DNA of 64,000 nt, from positions 5,580,001-5,644,000 of the forward strand of contig CM022675.1 of NCBI GenBank assembly GCA_012295275.1, given 5' to 3'. Of this stretch, positions 54,975 through 64,000 are shown piece by piece; position 1 is the first letter of the stretch, and each line of letters opens with the position of its first letter. The notes under the pieces were generated by a model. It was not told where the DNA came from. It saw nothing but the letters and a program-made list of their open reading frames with translations, and searched no databases. Source of the DNA: Chrysomallon squamiferum. Its lineage: Eukaryota; Animalia; Mollusca. The position numbers and the translations under genes were made by a program.

Positions 54975-54980
54975 AATAAA
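54975..54980 (+). terminator. Candidate polyadenylation signal of the ZP-SRCR gene
   Basis: AATAAA after a ~1.1 kb U-rich region, followed by a GT/T-rich tract (~55000-55020). Confidence 0.4.
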
Positions 54981-55102
54981 GCATGCAGGAAAATAATTTG
55001 ATGTATTTTGTTTTGTTTCTTATACAAGAATCTGACAGCTCATTTTAGATATCATGCAGACTTGAAACGTATTCAGGACGAAGAATTGTATATATATATA
55101 CA

Positions 55103-55202
55103 CACATTAAAAAACCAGAATGTTATTATTGTGATATACTTCTTACAGTGCTCTCTGGGGTAAAAAGCAGTGCATCATATTATGTCACTAACACATTATC
55201 TT

Positions 55203-55252
<50 letters not shown>

Positions 55253-55328
55253 GTGATGCATTGCTTTTTACCCCAGAGAACACTGTAAGAAGTACAAAAC
55301 AATAAGAACATTCTGGTTTTTTAATGTG
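55103..55328. mobile_element. MITE/foldback-like inverted repeat (~75-bp arms around a (TA)n core)
   Basis: cacattaaaaaaccagaatgtt...cttcttacagtg.tctctggggtaaaaagca.tgcatca (55103-55177) is the near reverse complement of tgatgcattgctttttaccccagagaacactgtaagaag...aacattctggttttttaatgtg (55254-55328). Confidence 0.75.
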
Positions 55329-55682
55329 AAGAAACAGTAATTATGTTCTGTTTCGTACACAATCTCCATGTTTACCCCTGAAAAATACCACGTCAATGTT
55401 TTCGAGAGGAAAACAAAAAATACTTTAATTTCGGCGGTCTTGTGTATTTTCAAATTTAAACTTATCGTCAAGTAAATAAATAAAGGTAAAATATCAAGTA
55501 GAAATTAAATACATATTTATGTACACACATACTGTGACATCACGCTTAAACATAACACAAATTCTGCACTTTTCTTTTTGACAATAAATATTTTTTGTTA
55601 TCTAAATTTCATGGTATGCTTCTTATTGATACTCTGGCGACATGTGCCGTTGACGTTGAATTTTCAAGATAGGAAACAAACA

Positions 55683-55776
<94 letters not shown>

Positions 55777-55983
55777 AGTGCTGTTAATTAAGAATCAATA
55801 TACTGCATTACGTACTAACATTCAGCTTTCGTATGATAACTGAAGTGTTGAAACTAAATAAAAGTGTTCTTTAAATGTCTACAATTCGCTCTCATTGACT
55901 TATGAGCAACACAACGATAAAAGCAATTACGATATACATAATTATCTTTCCTTTCTTTCAGGCCAATCTCTGATAAGTGTGCG

Positions 55984-56016
<33 letters not shown>

Positions 56017-56968
56017 TAACAACAGTTTATTGAAAATCAATGAACTGTATATTACATAATAACTCCGTTTTGTTAGTTTCAGCTGTTGTATAGACTAACT
56101 AAAAGTCTCCTTTGACTTTGAAGTCTAACATTTGTATGAGTAACATTTTAGCAACACTATAATAAAAGCAGATTATATACATTTATGTATGTATAATTAT
56201 GTTTCTCTTCTTTTAAATCATGTATGTGTCTATAAGTGCAGTTAACTCAAAATCAGTGTACAGTATTTTGCACCGTCACTGCCAGTTTTTAACTGTTAAC
56301 TGAAGCGTGGATTGTAAATGAAGTGTTCTTTCTTTTTAAAGGTGCACAATTTGTATTGCTTTGTAATTAGCAACAGTGCGATAATAATAGTGCATGTGTT
56401 CGAATGTATGCATCTTAGCATTTTCACCCATAGTGTTACTCGTTTTATGTGTTAATTCTATATGAATTGGAACTTTTATGAATATTTTATTATAATTTTA
56501 AAATATCAAGCTTTCTTTTCTAGTTGATTTCTTTCCACTTTTTTGAATAATTTTTTTTATCTATTTCTTTATTTCTTTATTTTTGAAGGTATTATTATAT
56601 TTTGTTTGTTTATATTTTATAAAGATGAAAATATTTTTTTTTTCAAGTTTTTGCTTTTTGCTTCTCTTTTTCTTCAGTTTATTTTTTGTCGTCTTCTTAT
56701 TATTTTTTTAATAACTCAATAATGTCAATACTGAAAGGCCAAGATTACTTTAATTTAACGTCGAACAAACATACCTTCATCCTTTCATGGTTGTCGTCTT
56801 CTCTTCTTTTTTATTATCTTCTTTTATCGTTTCATAAACAACGCTTCAGACTTTGGAAAACAAAGTGTGGAGCATGCGATAAGATTTCACTTACATCATT
56901 ACACAAGTTGCACAGAAGTTCCTCTAATATTAATGTCTAGGAAATCCGTCACTGAAATGTCTTGTTTG

Positions 56969-57006
<38 letters not shown>

Positions 57007-59162
57007 GGCACATACGCAAACGTGCTTTTGGTTTTTCTGTAATTGACGGCCCACAGTGCAGGTTTGCTAAAGGTGTGCGGGAGCAGATCCCCATCGAAAG
57101 TGCATTAAACTGTCAGGGGAAATAATAAACTTAGAGCCTACGAGAATGTATCAGCGGATAAAATAGGTTTAGCACAGAAACTTTCACGTACCGAACTCGT
57201 ATCGTCTTTTCTTGCGAGAATTCCTGTAATATCAAATTGTAGGAAACACATCACTGAAATGCCGTGTCTGAACTCACACACACACACACACACGGAGGAA
57301 CATATGCATAAATGTATACCGACGGCTAAAAGTGCGGAAGTTTCTAGGCGTATCCTACCCACCTAAATTTTGTTTAACTCTAGAATGCAGGAGATGAATT
57401 TTCTGCATACTGGGGAGTAACCTGTTAAGGGAGACAATTAAGTTAGTATCTTTCAGAGCGGAAAAAATAACGGCATTCGTTACGATACAGCTCACTTCTC
57501 CTGCGTAAAACGACATGGAACCGCCATAACTTAAACCCCCATACAATTAACGTCTTCGACCTATTTTAATTTTTCTTACATGTATACGGACGGATCTCGG
57601 CAGAATACATGGGGATGGGTGCGTACACACTCCTGGCATTCCTTGCTGCAAACGGGATTCATATGTGTATGACATAGGTTACCTTTCTCGAGAACTGTAC
57701 CGCATGAGAAAAGAAAACAACAACATTATTTTCCTCGTGAAATTCGGTGTGTCATTCAGACAGCCCCGCGAGATACAGTTTGTTCATGAATGTTGTATAT
57801 CAATAATAAATACATAGAGCAGTAAATTAAGATTTGTCAACACTGCCAAACACTTGTAATAAAACTGTATGAGGTAACGTTTTTCTTCTTGTTCTTGTAT
57901 TAGAAAAATGTCTTCACGAATTAGTTTTAAATGGAAGCAGATAAGATTAAAATTAGATTTCGTTAAATAGTTATTTTGATTTGCTTTTAATTTCCGTAAC
58001 AAACTATGTGAATTTTATTGGACTAGGTTTATGTTTCTATTTATCTAATCTCTCTCCGATTTTACATCCGAATAATCGTATTTTTACTCATTTACCTTTA
58101 TTGAAAAGCAATAATTATAGTCATTTATTTTCTTTTGTGAGAATGTGTATATATGTGTGTGTGTGTGTGTTACATTCAAAGCATTAAACGTAAGCATGCA
58201 AATGATTGACACAAATATCTCTGTTATAACTTCTTTCATTATTATTATTCTTTAGTTTCTTTGACTTCAACTTTTGCGTTTGGTAAAGGAAACAAGGCAG
58301 AGTGAACCAGCAATCATTTCTCCCGCCATTTTGTTAATTGTAGTGATGACAAATGTTACCGAGTTCTCCAGTGACTTGATGTACACAGTCTCTGAAGTGT
58401 CACTTTTCTAATAATAAATGTTTAGTTCTTTTACAACTGAGTGTAGTTCAAAATCTACCAAAATAACTGAAACAGCAATTGCAAAGAAATAAACAGTTTT
58501 ATCTTCTTCGTTCATTTTTCTTTTTCATTTTCTCAGAACATTTGATTTATTGGTTTGTTAATATCTATGAAATGGCTGAAATTATGTATCTCATTTAGAA
58601 CTGGTCGCTTTTGAGCTGCAACTAAATTATGGACAGAACAAGTTGCAACAGAAACAAATTTCTGAATATTCAGAATATTCACTATTTCAATTTACAAACG
58701 GTAGGTATTTCAGAACACCTAATAGTTATGCGCCAAACCTAAATTTATAATGATAAATTTCAAGAGAAAACGTGCAGTGTTTTATCCTTTTCATTCTAGC
58801 AGAAAGGTATCTTTTGCAAGAACTTCAAATATGGTTTGCTTCATGTAAATTATGGAGCACTGGATGGATTGCGAAATTTCAAGAAGCTTAAACATTTTAT
58901 TCTATTTATTGATCATGTGTAAGATACAGAATATTATATAAAAAATATGCTAGTAAGAAAAAGCAAAATACATGTGGACTTTATTATATTTTATTTTCAA
59001 TCATTTTAGCATATTTCCACTTTATTTAACACATATGCGTTAAAAATGTATACATAATACTAATAATGAAGTCTACATAATTTGCACATTTTTTATTTGA
59101 TCCCACTTTCTTACAAATTTTATTCTTATTAATCCTTTGACTTGGCAAATTCAAATCATTCG

Positions 59163-59290
<128 letters not shown>

Positions 59291-60119
59291 TGTGTGTGTG
59301 TGTCTGCATAATGTATACATACAAATAAGCATATATTTAAAACATACAGAGACACACACATATCAATAACTAAACCTGTTCACAACATTTCATATAACGG
59401 TGTATATAATATGTGGGTGCCATGAAATGGAATAAAATACAGTTTCCAAGAAAGAAAAAAGAAAATGAAAGAGATGCTAGACATTAATTTAACAGTAACC
59501 GTAATTGAAAGAAAGAGAAAAAAGAAAGAAGTAAATGATAATCATAAGAACAAATAAAAAAAACACTCAGTGAGGATTTCTCAAATGTAATGTAATTATG
59601 AATGTTGTAATAAAAAAGAAACTAGAAGTCCTAGTTTAATTTTCATTTGATAACAAAGTTATAAGAAAAAAACTTTGTAATATTTTCTCATTCGTGATCG
59701 CGTAAAACACCTTTTATTTATTTACTGTTGTGATTGCTAAGCTGTTAAGTTTTATTTATTACGTGAATAAGATTTTTTAGTAAAATAAACTTGAAACAAA
59801 GTAATAATTAATTATTAACAATTACTTCTTACTTTTTATTATCAGTCATTAACTGTAGAAAATGTAGACAATTAGAGCGATGCTTTATTTTTCGAATTTA
59901 ATCCGGTTTAGGAAATCGTTTGAACTTTAAATTGTTCTAAGTTTGAATCAATATCCCCGCCCATTACTAATAATTTTTAATGAATTAATCAGTTCCCTGA
60001 CACTAAACAATACTTATTTAAATTAACTAAACAACAAATACACACTCATACATAACCAAAAACACATTAAAAAGCTCACTAAAAGAACAGGATAACAACA
60101 CTAGCATTATTATGTTGTA

Positions 60120-60708
60120 GACTTACGTCACCGTATCCGCTTACTCACGATTACGTTCATTAGCTGTCATACTTATTTATTTATTTAGTGCAATTCATGT
60201 CAAGATGAAAATAGTTGAATGACTATTACATCGCTAATTCAACGTTTTAATTTTATTTATTCTAATAATTATACAACAATTATCTACAAGTCGATGTCTT
60301 TCCAGTTGGAAATTGTATGAAGAAAAGTGATCATTTTAAGCACCGCATTTTTCACGAACTCTTGTTTATACTTAATATTTTAAGCAAGTTACATCAATTA
60401 ACCGATATCGCAGACAGTATTTTGCTAATAATTTCTAAGTTATGATGTAACGTAACCCGTGAAATAACGATATATTTCTAGGTAAAGGAACATTGAAGGG
60501 ACATTGTTTAGAATAGTTTTAATAATTAAACATTAAGAATATAATTTTCCCGTTCTGTTTTATATGTATCAATGACTGTTACCTACATTCGATTCAGACG
60601 TGCACCATCCGAATCACATGTAAAAACCTTATAACACAGTTATATATTTTTTCTATTTCGTTCCAGTAATTGCAATGTCGAATTACGCATACGCCAACCA
60701 CTTGATTT

Positions 60709-60754
<46 letters not shown>

Positions 60755-60761
60755 GTAGTAG

Positions 60762-60792
<31 letters not shown>

Positions 60793-62362
60793 ATAAATAA
60801 TAAAAATTTAATTTAATACTGAAGAGAGAAAAATTAAGGTACATGTGTAAAAAAATGTATGCTGTGCTGTTTAATGCGTTATATACCTATCTCATTTTTT
60901 TGTTTTAAATTAAACTCTCTGACATTTTAGCCAGCTTATAATATAATGATAAATATTATGACCTACATACTTTAAATATGCAGAATTTCAAACACATCAT
61001 GTCAAAGTAGAAATTAAAAGAAACAAATAAAGAAAAAAAGAAAGAAATAATAAATGGAAATGTAATTAAATGGCGGCAAAAATGGCAGATCAGTCACGCG
61101 TTAAATTCAGACAAATGCTAACAAATGTGCGGAGAACACAATTAAATTTTAATTCATTACTGCTTTTTCTCAAAAGTTTTTAGTATCAAGGCACCCAAGA
61201 AACGAATGGTTTCTATGCGTTTCTATGAATATGGGGAAACTTCAAAAGGCGTTTTTCTCAATTAATAATTCTGAGAAATTCAGCAATAGACAACTCTAGA
61301 AAGGTCATAGTTTAATAAATTTAAATGATAATTAACAAAGAATATATAGGAATCTTTGTTTGTTTTAGCCTCCTTATAATGTAATGATCAATATTATGAC
61401 TACATACTTAAAAAAGGCAGAATTTCAAACACATCATGTCAAAGTAGAAATAAAAAATAGAAAATAATAAATCAAAATTTTATGTAATTAAATGGAGCCA
61501 AAAATGGCAGATCAGTCACCCTTTAAATTCAGACACATGTTAACAAATGTGGATTTTTTGTTTATTTTTTTTTTTTTTTTTAAAATCTAAAATAAATAAG
61601 CTAATGATAATTTCCGACCGCATCTCCGTGTCTAGTAAAACCGCTGTGGGTGAGATGGTGAAATAACGTCTGCACGAAAAGTGTATCAATGTCGCATTCC
61701 TAATTTTGTAAACAAAGTAAATTGACGTACTTGCGGATCATTTGGATGTTTTAAAATATTTATCTGTTAATTACAGGATAAAAGTAAACAATGAGAAGTA
61801 ATAGTTAAGTAGATATTTAACTTTTTTATTTTCAATATGTTAATGATATGTACTATTTTTGTGTTAAAAGTAAAATGTTCTCTAATCCACAGACTCCATT
61901 GTCAGTCAACTCGGTGACCTTGTCTATGAGCAACAGTAGAGAGACAAAGCAGACTCTTGTGACCTATAATTAATATTACATGTAAATGCAGCAATATATT
62001 ATAAATAATCAAACTGAATATGAAGAAATAAATTAAGTATTCCCTTACCTCGAAAATAGTAGCAATTAACTAACCAATTTCTGCTAGTTTTTTTATTTTA
62101 ATTTGCGCTGCGACTGCCATCCAACAACTAGCCTCGGTTTTAATCGCGTGATTCATAATCGCGCGTGAGTTCTAGAGATTATCACTTTGTAAACATACGT
62201 CACCGTATCCAGTTAGTCCCGATTACGTTCATTAGCTGACATAATTATTTATTTATTTAGTGCAATTCATGTCAAGATCAAAATGGTTTAGGTCTTTTAG
62301 ACTTTTTAACAAATTTAATCATATTTTTTAAATAAAAATTATTATTGTTGTTGTTGTTGTTG

Positions 62363-62403
<41 letters not shown>

Positions 62404-62695
62404 TTTAGTAGTAGTAGTAGTATTGTTGTTGTTGTTGTTGTTGTTTTGTCCTTAATATTTTAACCAAGTTACGCCAAATAACAAACATCGCAAACGGCAT
62501 TTTGCTAATTAAACATTTAGAATATAGTTTTCCCGTTCTGTTTTATATGTATCAATGACTGTTACCTACATCTGATTCAGACGTGCACCATCCGTCCTCA
62601 CATGTAAAAGCCTTATAACACAGTTATATATTTTTTCTATTTCGTTCCAGTAATTGCAATGTCGAATTACGCATATGCCATCCGCTTGATTTTAA

Positions 62696-62710
<15 letters not shown>
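60120..62710. repeat. Nested direct repeats: ~550-bp pair (60120-60715 / 62195-62700) flanking a ~170-bp pair (60955-61130 / 61390-61552)
   Basis: tacgtcaccgtatcc...gcaattcatgtcaagat and ttcccgttctgttttatatgtatcaatgac...gtcgaattacgcat each occur twice. cagaatttcaaacacatcatgtcaaagtagaaat...aatggcagatcagtcac occurs twice between them. Confidence 0.8.
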
Positions 62711-62746
<36 letters not shown>

Positions 62747-64000
62747 AATAAATAAATGAAAATTAATAAGAAATTAAATGAAATATAATATATATTTAAA
62801 ATGAATACCGACATTTAAAAAATAACAATGACATTTTTGAGTTACCTTTAACTGTATCATTAAATAAGTTGATCCTTTTAAAACAGTATTCAAAATATTA
62901 AATTCAAATATAATAACATATAGACTTTCAACAAAAGCAGTGTTCTTTCCCTCAACTACTACACTGATCAGATGATTATGCCGAGCATTTCCGACCCCAG
63001 TATCATAGGTTGAAAAATTATTTTAAAACTCATCTTTCAAGGGCAAGTATCATTTGCATTGTTGTTTGCCCGAAAAAAAATTAACTTGCCCAGTAAACAA
63101 ATTTCTTTGTAAATACATGAATAAAGCATGTACATGCATAATATATATATATATATATTACATTACTTCTATTTGAGTGTATTATAAATATTATATCATA
63201 TTTAGTTACCAAAATTTAACATGTTGTATTTTACCATTTTAATATTTTTTTTTTCTGTCGCAAATTGAGTTTTACTAGCGACACGAAGCGATAATGGTAA
63301 AGCTGATATTTGGAACAATAAAACTAACATTAACGTCCGCAAAGGGTAAAAAACCCAACAAGAAACAAAAAGTGTACATCTAATTATCAGTATTCAATTT
63401 CAACAACGGCATTTGTCATATGTTATTTTTCGAACTCAAACCTCGTCACAACCATTTTTTCAAATCACCCTTCTTATAGAATATAGTGCAAGTAAAGTTA
63501 CAAATGGTGTTTGTGTGTTCCACGGTTTTTTTAGTTTTCTTAATGACAAACTTTCGGGTGTAATACTAAAATATATTTATAATCGTCCACGTACTGTAAC
63601 TGTAGTTGTAACTCATTCTTTCAGAGTCCGTGAAATTTACAAATATTTTATAGGTAAAGTATAAATCGTTTTACACTTGTCAGCCTCCTGTACTGAACTT
63701 ATCAACCAGCAAATAGCTCAATCATCGGTTAAAAATGCAAGTATCTGTGCGGTTACCGAAGAGGCAGATGTTGAACGATCTGAATCCTGTATTGATAATG
63801 ATAACAGCGGAACGGTTTCTATAGAGACAGATATGGAAGAATTTGAATCTTATTCTGAAATGCTAAAACTGGCATTGATACTCCATCAGTTCCAACGTAT
63901 GACGTTGCAGATATAGTCAAGATATAGAAAGATTGTTAAGAATAAGTGCTGATGAAAAATTAAAATACATCGAAACACACTTTAAGCATGCATCAAATTA

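Noticed and set aside
58300-58340. YY1-like CCGCCATTTTG as a host gene promoter
   Set aside because: Isolated motif with no associated exon found; such motifs are also common in repeats.

Overview
AT-rich, microsatellite-dense eukaryotic (invertebrate; mollusc/cephalopod-like by inference) genomic DNA. Most short ORFs in the track are simple-repeat artefacts. Four real components were found. (1) Two minus-strand EGF/cbEGF exons (188-445, 1357-1473) left of a 200-N gap. (2) A recent tandem segmental duplication, ~1952-19439 repeated at ~27881-44976. (3) A degraded endogenous parvovirus/densovirus-like element (fuller copy ~25840-29300, partial copy 1952-~3370). On one strand it reads hairpin/promoter -> small jelly-roll capsid -> two unknown ORFs -> NS1-like HUH nuclease with an overlapping NS2-like ORF, so capsid comes before NS, the reverse of canonical monosense parvoviruses. 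(4) A tandem family of plus-strand ZP-domain genes. One copy is intact in frame (18 coding exons, 43759-53868, ~819 aa: signal peptide, EGF-like loop, ZP-N, ZP-C, RKRR furin site, TM) and carries four SRCR domains as a phase-1/phase-1 exon cassette inside its ZP-C domain. A truncated, frameshifted paralog (18293-22138) and a collapsed paralog hosting the viral insertion are also present. All assignments come from manual translation and motif recognition; no database searches were run.
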